A stretch of 64,000 nucleotides of DNA from Eledone cirrhosa (lineage: Eukaryota): assembly GCA_964016885.1 (NCBI GenBank), contig OZ024743.1, forward strand, positions 275,404,001 through 275,468,000. Reading direction: 5' to 3'. Of this stretch, positions 12,861-25,057 are shown one piece after another. Position numbers and translations under genes: made by a program. Below the pieces are notes generated by a model. The model saw only the letters and a list, made by a program, of their open reading frames with translations. It was not told the origin of the DNA and ran no database searches. Within the stretch, counting starts at the first letter, position 1. Each line of letters begins with the position of its first letter.

Positions 12861-13183
12861 CATATCAAACGTTACATATGTTTCACAGATGATTGGCCCG
12901 AGGACTTTATTGATATGATAGACCGGAATCCAGTATAGATCTGCTCATCAAACTTGATGACTCAAATCAAAACATTCTCAAAGGATTAAGCCCGACTCAA
13001 TATGGCCACACATTGGCCGGACAACTTGTCAACAGGAAACTGGCTATATTGAGTTGTTTAATCATTTCCATATGTTTTGATTTGAGTCTACCTATCTGAT
13101 GAGGAGATCACTACTAGGTCTATCACATCAATAAAGATCTTGAGCCAATCATCTGTGAAACTTTATCTCATAAATGATATATG
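12861..13183. ncRNA. Rod-like imperfect palindrome with opposed hammerhead-ribozyme cores
   Basis: nested complementary blocks such as gtttcacagatgattggc/gccaatcatctgtgaaac and gactcaaatcaaaacat/atgttttgatttgagtc; minus strand TTGATGA-GCAGAT..ATCTGT-GAAAC-ATAT-GTA; plus strand CTGATGA-GGAGAT..ATCTGT-GAAAC. Confidence 0.7.
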
Positions 13184-15714
13184 TATATGATTTTCACAGT
13201 TATTGTGAGTAGTAGCAGTTAGAATTATTTGAAAAAGTTACATTCAAAACACTTAGAAGATTTAGATGTTGAATGAGAAAAGATAATACCGATAGACTAA
13301 TGTTATTTGTATTGTAGTGGTGTGTGTGTGATCTCAAATAGATACTCTTTTGAAGGGCAGGAAGGGGGAATGAATGCTATGTTACACACAATGGGCTTCT
13401 ACACAGTTTATGTCTACCAAATATCAGTCAAAGAGCATTGGTCAGCCTAAGGCTGTAGTGGAAATCACTTACCCAAGGTGTCATGCAGTGCAACCAAACC
13501 TGAAAACGTGGTTGCAAAGTGAACTTCTTGTTCACACAGCAATGCCTGCAGCTGTTCCTCATATTCATTATTGATGCATAATTGATTTGATTTCTATATG
13601 GAAGTTGGAAGCACTTATTAGCTGCGTTGATTTTCTAAACTCAGATCCTGAAAATAAGACTTTTATCTCGAGTAATAACTTGATAGATAGTTGTTGTTGT
13701 TATCTAATTGTTAGCTCTCATTGAGCAGCCCGATGGCAAGGAGTGAGAGCATACATTTGTTTAACAGTAGCTTACAGACTGGTCTACCAGTTGGCTATAC
13801 TCTATAGTTTACATTGTGGCCACTTAGTATGCACTTTCTATTGCAATGTTTGGTATCTAAGTAGATTGTTGATTTACTTGATATAATTAAAGTGTCTTGG
13901 TTATTTACAGTAGAATGTATGATTTTAGTAAGATGCAGGCATGGCTGTAGGGTCGGAAGCTCGCCTCACAGACATAATTTGGTGGTTGTTCCCACTGTAT
14001 GGCACTTTGGGCAGGTACCCCCTATTTTAGCTTTGGGCCAACCAATGCCTAGTAGGTGAATTTGTTAGGTGGAAACTGGGAGGAACCCCATCACACACAC
14101 ACGCACATCTGATATCATTATCTGAACAGCGGATTAGCAAAACCATTTTGAGTTCAAATCGTATCTAGGTCAATTTTACCTTTCATCTGTCCTGTATTAA
14201 AAGTAAATACCAATTATGAATTCAAGTCCCATCAAGGTCAACTTTGTTTTCATCCTTCCTGGGTTAATCAAATAAAGTAGTGGTCAAATATGAGGGGTAG
14301 GGGTGATTTAATCACTAATCCTTCCCCTTAAATTGTCCTTATTAGAAAGGATGTTTTTTTTTAGAGCTATAACTCCAGGTGAAGTTGTAGGAGCATTGTA
14401 GTGACATAACAGCATTTCTTGAGCATTTTAAACCTGGCACAGCCTATCTCTTTCCAGGGATGAACACAACCAATTTCTTCCAGAGAACGAGAGAGAGAGT
14501 GATAGTGAGGAAGTGAGAAAGAGATATGGAGGAACAGTCAACTCCAGTACTGGAATGATATTTTTTTTATCAACCCCAAAAGAATTAAAAGCAAAGTTAG
14601 CCTCAGTGTCTTTTGAACCCAAACTGCAGAGGGCTGGAATATATATTGCAAAGCATTCTACCCAATGTTCTAACAGCTCTGTTAGTTTTCTGCCTTTGTG
14701 ATAAAGGATTATTTTGATTGATAGTATTTTCAGTTTATTCTTTGTTATTCAAGAATAATATTTCATTAAAATATAAAAGAAAAAGAATATTTTCTTTGTC
14801 TTTGTTTAACCTCTTTGTATCTGAAAACAGATTTGTGTCACCATTATAACTATTTTTAGCTATTATTTATAATTTATTTTTTTGTTTCTTGTGAAGCCTT
14901 AGATCAGCCCTGATAAAACAGACATGATCAAAAGTTTATCAGTGGTGCCCTCTGCCCAATATCTAACAGTACCTTTATTTTGTTAAGATAGTGGGATATA
15001 TTTTGAGGCTGATTTAGGTGTTATTTCCAGCAAGTTGAGTGACTATGCAGAGGTTCATGTTTTGTTTTGTTTGTCTAAAAAGCTATTTTGAATAGAGTAT
15101 GATTTTGTTTCACAGTTAACTACTAAAGCAGTGAAGTCAGAATACTGGGAATGGATCTGTTTCAAAACTATTAAGTGTTGCACAAGGCCCAGTCACAATG
15201 GTTGACTTATATTATCCTTGTATCTTCACTTCACAGTAATTAATTCTCTCTCTCTCACACACTCTCTCTCTCTCTCTTTCTCTAGATATCTCTTCTGATG
15301 TAGCTTTATGGTTATACTAAAATACATATAGTCAGGTAACCATGTTTTACTCATAGATTCTGTATTTGGTATTAAACCAAGCTCCAAATGGAATGAGCAT
15401 GACCTGGTTACCTGACTAGTCTAGGCTCAGAATGTGACAACCTGTCTAACCCATGTGAGCGTGGAAAATAGATGTTAAACGGTGATGATGATGATGATAA
15501 TAATATACAATTTTACTCATGCATTGTTTCCTCAATTTGTGCAAGCAAATGTATATATACATACATGTATATATATTGTTGACTTATAAAGCATTGAGAA
15601 ATTTGAAAATATGGTCACCACAATGTATACAACCTCATTTACCAGAAGTACTTACTCAGTTTATTCATGTTATCAAATATTATAGTTATCTACATTGTGA
15701 TGACCATATATCGT

Positions 15715-16020
15715 TATCATCATCATCATTTTATGTCTGCTTTTCCTTGCTTGCAAGGGTGGGGCGGGTCCTCTTCAACACAGCATCTCTCCATTCGTCA
15801 CGGTCCTTCGTCATCTCTTCTGTGAGCTTCAGCGATCTAAGGACAGCTCTCACCAATTCCACCCATGTTTTCCGTGGTCTTCCTCTACTGCGTCTTCCTT
15901 CCACAGGGATTTCTTGGCACTTCTTCACCCAGCGGTCATCATCCATGCGCATACCAACACAGTCTTCTCTCCTGCATACTACAGTTGATTCCTCTTATAC
16001 ACAGTTTCACTCTCAACTCT
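15715..16020 (-). mobile_element. RTE 3' fragment of the short-tail subfamily
   Basis: GRPRKTW...KRTRPTLASKEKQT* running directly into (GAT)n. Confidence 0.88.
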
Positions 16021-16189
16021 GTGTGAATGTGTATATAAAAGGGTAAAATCTCTCTTAGGTCACGAATGACCTTGGGATTTGCAGCTAGAAAGTTTCCCTT
16101 CTGAGGCACATATCTGGTTTGTGGAAGACCAGCTATCGTCCATTCATACCAGTCTCCCCTCTCCATGCCACTGATGTTGTCTAAGGGAA

Positions 16190-16356
16190 AGGCAAAGGTT
16201 GATACAGCTTGGCCCCAGTGACTCATTTCTACAGCTGAGTGTGCTGGAACATGAAATAAAGTGTTGTTCAAGAACACAACACATTGCCCAGTCCCGGGAA
16301 TTCAACTCACAACCTCATGTTTGTCAATCTGACACTCTAACCACTAAGCCATGTGC

Positions 16357-16358
<2 letters not shown>
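16190..16358 (-). mobile_element. Second tRNA-derived SINE family (relatives at ~3210-3325 +, 33570-33800 -, 48290-48560 +, 56860-56960 -)
   Basis: minus strand ggcacatggcttagtggttagagtg...gagttgaattccc...gttcttgaacaacactttatttca. Confidence 0.7.
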
Positions 16359-16398
<40 letters not shown>

Positions 16399-16404
16399 AA
16401 ATAA

Positions 16405-16652
16405 AAAAAACACAGTCCACGCTGTAAATGTGACCGTGTAGGCAACACGGTAAAAACCTCCCAGCCCCACACTGTAAATGTGGTTGGTGTTAGGAAGGGC
16501 ATCCAACTGTAGAAAACCTGCCAGACAGTCCTATGCGAGCAAGACAACCACTCTTGCCTCAAGTGGGAAAACTCCCGTCCAAACCCATGCAAGCATGGAA
16601 CACGGACGTTAAACGATGATGATGATGATGATGAGGAGGATGATGATGATGA

Positions 16653-16695
<43 letters not shown>

Positions 16696-16860
16696 AAAAA
16701 ATGCACAGACATCTGCTTTTCCATGCTTGCATGGGTTGGACACTGATCTTTTTCAGCACAGCATCTCTCCACTCGTCGTGATCCTTTGTTCTTATTCTAG
16801 CTGCTACGCTCCTGGTACACCCTCCTTCACAGGTAACTAGGTCACCTAGAAAGAAGAAGC
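16405..16860. mobile_element. Tail-to-tail pair of RTE 3' ends separated by (GAT)n and (TA)n
   Basis: + strand 3' UTR 16405-16655 ending in (GAT)n; - strand tail and ORF pieces 16705-16860. Confidence 0.75.
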
Positions 16861-17231
16861 TTATCAACTGCTTCTTTGGATCCAACCTCGGATTAAAAAA
16901 GGTGCATATCACTGATACTCTTACTATCAGTTTTCCCTGAACATATAATACATACAAAGTTTTCTTTTCCCCTGCCTGCTATTTCACTATACCTTTTGTG
17001 TACCAAGAAAATATGGTCACTACAAAGCAAATAACTATACAACCCCATTAACATCTTCATTTAACATATATGTACATATTTTCAACTTGTACTGTCTGTT
17101 TATGTCCTACAACTTGCAATTTGAAGGGTGAAAATCAGTAGAATAAGCACCATACTTAGAAATAAGATGATGATGATGTTGACATACACGTTATATGTTT
17201 ACATTGATGTGTGTATATATATATATTACAG

Positions 17232-17384
17232 CTTTCCTTCTCTCCTGGTACTGCTCGATGGGTTCATGTCAAACTACTTACTCTTCTTGGTGTGATTTTC
17301 TGTTCCTGCATGGGTCTTCTTGTTATCTCAGGATTTGTTGGGATGCAAGCTGGATTTACCATATTTGCATTTATGGCAGCAGAG
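17232..17384 (+). CDS. AMFR: AMFR exon B, LSFSPGTARWVHVKLL...FAFMAAE
   Basis: tacag acceptor and gtttgt donor; 153 nt, phase 0/0; continues RFEY|LSFSP and ends in AFMAAE as in AMFR. Confidence 0.93.
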
Positions 17385-19729
17385 GTTTGTACAGTTCTTT
17401 GATTTTTAAAAAATTAAAATATACATGTATCTTTGTTAGATGTTGCATATCTTGCAGTTCTTGTATTGCCTCTCTTCTCACTTATCTTGGATGTCAATAA
17501 GAAAAGTACTCTATTTGATGACAAATAAAATCCATAGGTATATAGCCTTAACCACCATGAAATGGGGGAATATTAAGAAAAAATGTTAGTATATTTGTAG
17601 GTGAGCATTTCATTTTTCAATGAAATATCTTTATACGCAAGACCTGGATGATATTTTCAGTCATTTTTTTTTTAATAAAAAATAAAATGGGTTTTATATG
17701 CCATCAAATATTGTATTTCTGAAATACTGGAGTAGAGAAAGAATACTTTTATTCTATATTTAGAGATTGTTGTAAGGTTTATCTTTGTTGCCTTCATGTA
17801 GCAAAGAGAACCAAGCAATCTCTCTAAATCTGTAGTGACTATGATGACTGAAGGGCTATGGGGAAAAGAGCTGAAAATGCTGAAGTTAGATCATTTCCTC
17901 TATCAAACCATCATTTTCTTTGTTTGCCACTAAAAGAAGAGAGTATAGAGATTGTGAGGAACTCTCCTTTCCCCAAAGCTTTGAAATGAGTGTTAAAATG
18001 GCAGATTTAAACTAATTAAATTATTACACATATTCAAGTGAGTGTATATGAGAGCAAGGTGCCTGTATTCTGAAAATAAGTGTTTGTCATAATGAATCAC
18101 CTTAATAGTAGAATTGTTGGAGAATCAAACAAAATACATCATGGTATTTAGTTACAGCTCTTTACGTTGTATTCAAAATCTTGCCACAGTTGCTTTTGCT
18201 TTTCATCCTTGGGGGTCGATATAATAAAGTTACAACTGTGAGTTGATTAAATAGATTTTCACCTCATCTAAATGTTACTGGCCTTGTGCCTAAATTTGAA
18301 ACCAATATAAATGGTGGGGTGATGGAAAGAGTAGATTGTCTAATTAAATATTCAACAGCATTTACTTACATCTAAGTTTCCAATCCATGTTTTGTCATGG
18401 TTGACTAAAGCTTTCATTCCTCTGAGATTGATAAAATAAGTACTAGTTTGGTATTTGGTATTAAATCAACTGAACTTATAAATCAACTAAACTTATAAAT
18501 GCATATCCTTGTTCCAATATGAGTAGTGGATTAACAGAATTGTTAGTGTGTCTGACAAATGCTTTGTGGTATTTGTTCCATTCTGAGTAAAAATCCCACC
18601 AAGGTCAATTTTGCCTTTTATCCATCTGGGGTCAATAAAATAAAGTACCAGTCAAGATAATTTGACTTCCCCTCCCTTCAAATTACTGGCCATGTGCCCA
18701 AATTTGAAATCATTTAAAAAATATTTTCTCTGCTGGTATTGATTGGTTCCTAATAAATTTTATAATGAATAACTGAAAAAGACAAACAAATGGAGGCACC
18801 ATAAAGAGGACTGTTTCAGTTGGGCACAAGGCAACCCCACTAGTGTTGGTACTGTGATAGAATGCATCTGGTACACTTGGTAAAGAGTATTTTTAACATA
18901 GGGTTGAAAGGATCCCTTAGTATGGTTAAGGACATGACAACCTCTGTAGTGTTGGTGTCACAATAAAATGCACCCAGGACAAGTTTTTGATGCACAAGTA
19001 AAGATAACAAGATCGAAAGGACTCTTTAGTCTGGCTAACAACATGACAACCTTTGTAGTGTTGGTACACTCTGTAAAGTGGTTGGTGTTAGAGTATCCAG
19101 CTGTAGAAACCATGCACAATGTACAAGTGAAATATGATGCTCCTATCTATCTGGAAGGACAGTAACTCGGAATAAGAACTAGCTTGAATTGTGATGGCCC
19201 ATGCAACCTATGCCAAAGTGGGAAGCAATAAAATGATGATGATTGAGAAATCATGATATTTATAAGTGTTCAGTAAATAACATCTAAGGTACTGCAACTG
19301 TTTTGAATGTAAAGGTTTTAAGAATTCTCTACTGATTTCTTTATTGCTATTTTTTCTGTATATTTGGTTATTATCAAATCTTTTTATGTTTGTTATAAGA
19401 CAATGCATCCCCCAATTTGGTATAGAAAACAGCAACAGGTCCACAGATGGCCTGCTGTTGTTTAACTTCCAATCAACTCTGTTCAAGTAGACCTATCATT
19501 TGAGGTATTTCATTTGTGACCATCCTGCCCTTATATACAATGGAAGGATGTAATTTGCAGGAAATTTGATTGCTATTTCTAGTAGGTCAAGCAACTATAT
19601 AGTGGTTTTTTCGATTCACCTGACACACTGTATCTCAATTTGGTGCTTATAATGTCTTATATAATTTATATTAAAAATTTAGCAGTTAATTTATCACTTT
19701 TCTTTGTTTTTTTTCTTTTTTCTTTTTAG

Positions 19730-19770
19730 TGTCTTATCCTAGGAATAAGGATTATGTACGTTATGATACG
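19730..19770 (+). CDS. AMFR: AMFR micro-exon C (41 nt), CLILGIRIMYVMIR
   Basis: long polypyrimidine tract plus ag at 19728-29 and gtaagt donor at 19771; phase 0/2; aligns to AMFR SLLVTVRTAHVILR; absent from the ORF track. Confidence 0.88.
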
Positions 19771-20054
19771 GTAAGTACAATCCCTTTTCTTTTTTCACTA
19801 TATGTCATAATTAATAATTGTCATAGACTAAGTGTATAGGATCTGATGTTTCATGTCTCTGAACTGTGTTGTCATTGCAAAAACATTTAATTCCATGGCT
19901 TGGTTCATCTAGCTGTAAATAGATACCATTATGCATCTTGTATTGTTTACAACAAATAGTACTAGTATCTTGTTCTGGCTGAAAACATACATAAACAACC
20001 ACATGTGGCTTAAATTGCATTTGAGCAAAGTGTGGTATTTATGCTACTGTAATA

Positions 20055-21488
20055 ACATTAGCTGTATGGCCAAACTGATGGAATCCTGTGTCAGAGAAAC
20101 ACTTTGGAACTTCTGGAGCTCTCACAGCCTCATCCGGCCCTCGCAGTTTGGATTTATCCCTAACTCCAGCTGCTGTGATCAGCTTATCGAGTTCCTTGAA
20201 GACATCACCCGGATCACTGACAGCGGCTCATGGGTGGATGTTGTTTACCTTGACTTTGCTAAGGCTTTTAATTCTGTGCCACACAAAAGACTTATGGCAA
20301 AACTCTCTGCAATGGGTGTGAGGGATGATCTTTTTGGACTGGTTGAAATCCTTCATTCTCAGCCGAAAAGAGGTAGTCACGGTTCTAGGACAGCATTCTT
20401 CACCATATGAGATGTCATCTGGTGTACCACAGGGATCTGTTCTTGGTCCCCTTTTGTTTGTGGCATATATTAATGACATAGATGCCAACTTAAAGAATGC
20501 CATGGTACTGAAATATGCAGATGACATCAAGCTGTACCTTGAAATCAAAAGGACTGATCCTGAAATCTACAACTCTTTCCTACAATCAGACCTGGACACA
20601 ATGCAGCAATGGATCACAGACTGGCAACTGAAGCTGGCTGTGGACAAGTGTACCACCATGCATTTTCGGAGGAAAAATCCAGCGTTCACAAACTCCCTCC
20701 ACAACACTGATATCAAGAAGTCCTCTTGTGAACGTGACCTGGGCATTACTGTCAGCAGCGATTTGCGTTGGACAAAGCATGTCTCTAAGATTGTCAAGAA
20801 GGCCAAGGGTGTCTTGGCATCACTCAGCAAGACCTTTGTTAGCCGCTCTCCAGCCATCTATTTAAAACTGAATACAGCTATGGTACGACCACACTTGGAA
20901 TTCACATCATCAGTCTGGAACCCCTATCTTGCTCAGAACATTGACCGCCTGGAAACTGTTCAGAGACGTGCAACCAAGCGCGTACCCTTCATCAGACACC
21001 TACCATACTATGAACGCCTTGCTTCCCTGGGTATGGATTCATTGAAGCTCCGACATCTGGCAATGGACTTGGTAAACACCCACAAAGTTATTAACCATCT
21101 CGCCAACAACAACCCTGAGCACCTTTTTTATCTCCATGTGTCTAACACACGTGGACATGCCTACAAAATCAGAAAACAGCACAGCTCCCATGACTTTCGT
21201 AAACATTTTTTCACGCTCAGAGTTGCTGAAGCATGGAACAAACTGCCTGCGTCAGTTGTTAGCTGCTGAGACACTGCATCCTTTAAAACACTCATGGTTC
21301 CCGAAATACGCCAAAACTACACCTGATGTACCCCTTCCATACACATGCACACATGTGTATATCATGACTCATGCACTGTTCATTTTCCTGACGTTTGTAC
21401 ATTACCCTATGTACTATACATACACTTTTTGATGAGTTGTAGTGCACCTGAGCACTGTACACAATATTTCATTATTATTATTATTATA
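20055..21488 (+). mobile_element. 5'-truncated CR1-clade LINE with a frameshift near 20330 and an (ATT)n tail
   Basis: QFGF, YLDFAKAFNSVPH, SGVPQGSVLGPLLF, YADD, VRPHLE, QRRATK, TRGH, WNKLP motifs. Confidence 0.93.
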
Positions 21489-21491
21489 TAA

Positions 21492-21697
21492 AGGGCGGTG
21501 AATTGGCAGTATCGGTAGAGGGTCGGACGCCATGCTTTGACGCATAGAGTTACGGCCCTTGCCATTCTGAGTTCAAATCCTGCCGAGGTTAACTTTACCT
21601 TTCATCCTTACGGGGTCGATAAAATAAAGTACCAGTAATGCACTGGGTAATTGCTGGCCTTGTGCCTAAAGTAGAAACAATTATTATTATTATTATA
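21492..21697 (+). mobile_element. tRNA-derived SINE directly after the CR1 (ATT)n tail
   Basis: full-length copy from agggcggtg to gtagaaacaattattattat. Confidence 0.9.
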
Positions 21698-22679
21698 TAC
21701 CATACACATCCCAAAATTTCTGCATCTTGTATTTGTTTGACATTTTTTAGGGCGCAATTAAGTATTCAGTGAAACAATCTATAATTGAACCCTAACCCCT
21801 TCCATGAAAAGTATATTTGTCAGTAAAACCTAGAAAATGATTTAAAACAGTCACTGATTTGTACAAAAAAGTAGTCTAAATAACAGTAGTAAACAAGTGT
21901 GTGGTAGTACAAAATACTAGTTTAATGAAATATGATCGAGGTCAGCTGGTTCAAAGCTTTTATTTAACATCCTGAAAGGATTTAGCAAAAAAATATCTAA
22001 AAATGTGTTTGTTATTTAAAATGCTTATAGTATCGTTACTAGTGGACATGTTGGTGTGAAAATTTACAATCCAATATAATGATTTCTAGTATAGGCACAA
22101 AGCCAGTAATTTTCGGGGGAGGGGAAAGTCAATTGAATTGACCCCCGTAATAACTATTTAATAAAATAAGAAGACTAAACTCAACTTATTTACTAAATAG
22201 AGTAAATCAATTTCCAAGGAGAATTGTTTAGACTACTAGCTTCCTTGTACAAATTTGGAAGTAACAACTGCCAACTGCCTTTATTGTTTTTACTAATGAA
22301 AAGATAATGTCATAGTTATAGGAGCTATAAAAAGTGAATTTGCTTTGATATGACTTTTTGAGATATATTTCTCACTAGGATTTTAGGTTAGACTCACAGA
22401 ACAGATGTGTCTCTAAAGGGTTAATAAGTAAGAAACTCTAGTTAGAGTAAATTGTATCATCATGGATCTTGTCTAGAATTTGTATTGTTTTCTGGTTAAT
22501 ATACTTGGGCATCTGGTATTTATTTCATTCATTATAATGAAATACAGTTCGAGTTGTCCCTTTAAAATCATTCAAGTTTTGTAAATATGGCAAATATTTT
22601 GTGGAAAGAATTGAAAAAAATCCCTGTTAATTAGTGACTATTCTCAATTATGTGATTCCTTTCAAGGCCAGCTGTTACA

Positions 22680-23760
22680 TAAAGTATGGGTGCATAAAAG
22701 ATGTAGTGGGATTACAGGTACGCTAACTAAGAATATAGATTCTATATGTGGCCAGTGCTCTGGTGCAATAAGTAGCAGCAAATGCCCACAGAATACTAGC
22801 TCATTCCATTGCCCAGATGGTTCTATAGAAATAGTGGACACCTTCCGTTACCTGGGTGACAAAATCAGCAGTGGTGGAGGGTGCTCCGAAAGTACTGTAG
22901 CTAGAGTCCGAACGGAATGGAAAAAGTTCAGAGAGCTTATACCACTATTGGCCGCTAAAGGTTTCTCTCTAAAAATAAAAGGCAGGCTGTATGATGCCTA
23001 CATACGAACAGCGATGTTACATAGCAGTGGGACATGGGCCTTGTGTGCAGAGGATCTACGCAGACTGAAGAAGAACGAAGCTTGCATGCTCCGTTGGATG
23101 TGTAATAGTAATATACGCGAACAGCAAAGCATAAATGAACTAAGTGAGAAATTAGGAATAAGAGGGATCAGATGCTGTTTACTCGAGAGAAGACTACGTT
23201 GGTATGGTCACGTGATGCGCATGAAAGATGACAGCTGTATAAAAAAGTGCAGGGCGATCAAAATAGACGGTAGCTACGGAGTAGGCAGACCCAGAAAAAC
23301 CTGGGACGACTTGATAAAATCCGACCTCACACACTTAGACCTCTCCAAGACAATGTCACTGGACCGAGATCTTTGGCGCTACGTAGTAATACAGAAGACC
23401 CACCTTGCCTCAGTACAAAGCGAAACCTACAGTCAGTAGGCACCTCTTAACCAAAATACACCCCCGTCCCACTAACCCTACCCGCACCGCCATTTACACC
23501 ACCCCTTTCAATGTAAAGCTATGTTGGTACCACAACATCCAGCCCTAAATAAATGAGGTCGTGTAGGTGTCACGACAAAAAAAGACAGTCCACGCTGTAA
23601 TGTGGCCGTGTAGGTAACACGGTAAAAACCTCCCAGTTCCACACTGTAAACGTGGTTGGTGTTAGGAAGGGCATCCAGTCGTAGAAAACCCGCCAGGCAA
23701 TTCCTGTCCAGACCTATGCTAGCGTGGAAAATGGACGTTAAATGATGATGATGATGATGT
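22680..23760 (+). mobile_element. 5'-truncated RTE-clade LINE
   Basis: ORF 22690-23439 (end of the finger plus C-terminus), then 3' UTR and (GAT)n tail. Confidence 0.93.
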
Positions 23761-25057
23761 TTACTAGCATATCTGAAAAATTTGAGAATCATTAGATATT
23801 GACATGAGTGTTTTTATTTATCTAAAAAAAAAAACGGGTTATGCTATATAGTTTATCTAAATACTTCCACTAAGTCGTGAATTGGTAGAGTTTTTAGAGA
23901 AACAAAATGCTTTGTAGTATTTGTTCTGACTCTGCACTCTAAGTTCAAATCCTGCCAAGATCAACTTTGTCCTTTCATCCTTAAAATAAAATATCAGTTC
24001 TGTCAATCTAGCTTTCATCAACATCACTGTTTAATGTCCATTTCCCATGCTAGCATGGGTTAGATAGGTTGTCCAATTGTGAGACAGGTCAGGTCATAAC
24101 TGTGTCTTGCTCAGATAGAACTGTTTCTGGCTTGATTTCTACAGCTGGATCCTCTTCATAATGCCAACCTAATTTACAATGTGGTCTGGATGCTTTTTAT
24201 CGTGGCATCAAAAGACCACTTTTCAGTGCGGACTGGGCACTTTTTGTTGTGACAAAATTGTTTCTACTTTTGGCACAAGGCCAGCTTGTGACAAAATAAT
24301 AGTGAAAAAAAAAGAAAAAAATTTTTGTTCTTGTTATTATTTTTATTTATCTAAGCTCCAAAAGAGCCAAGATAATTGAGCAGAGAGAATTTGTATTAAA
24401 TTTGGTTTGATTTTGGCAAAACTATGAAATTAATAGTGACAGTAGTTCTGTTAGAATAACAATATCTAAGGTTATATTAGTGATTATTATCTCTTAGTAT
24501 TTATGCCATAGTTTAGGTAGTGAATTGGTAGACTTGATAGACAATTAGATTAAATGCTTTAGTATTTGTTCAGGCTCTCTGCAGTCTCAGTTAAAATCCC
24601 ACCAAGGTCAACTTTGCCTTTCATCCTTTTGAGGTCAATAAATAAAGTACCAGTCTAAGGTTGATGGATTGGCAGAATTGTTTAAAAAATGTCTAACAGG
24701 ATGTCTGTTTTGAGTTCAAACTTAGTTGTGGTGACAAGGAGATAGTGTCAGCAATGAAAAGTTTCCTTTGACAATCTGGTGATCAATCAGTTCCTTGGTA
24801 GGACACAGAGCAAAAAAAATTTAAGAACCACTAGTCTAGGTTTTATGTTCATTTATATAGTCAACACAGTTTTGGGGTCAAGTTAACTCTTGTATGAAGC
24901 GTTCAATGTTTGCTAACTAATGAGAGTTAAGAGGTTTCAGCATGTTCTTAACTATTTTACCCATGAGCTAGTGTTTAAAATCTTGTAAAAATCATTTCAG
25001 TATAGCTACAAGAAGTCTTTTCATGTTAAGTCTGCTAAGAACTAATTAAACATTTCA

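Noticed and set aside
18830-19110. Regularly spaced repeats resembling a CRISPR array
   Set aside because: Degenerate tandem units of a eukaryotic SINE-like repeat, with no unique spacers and no cas genes.
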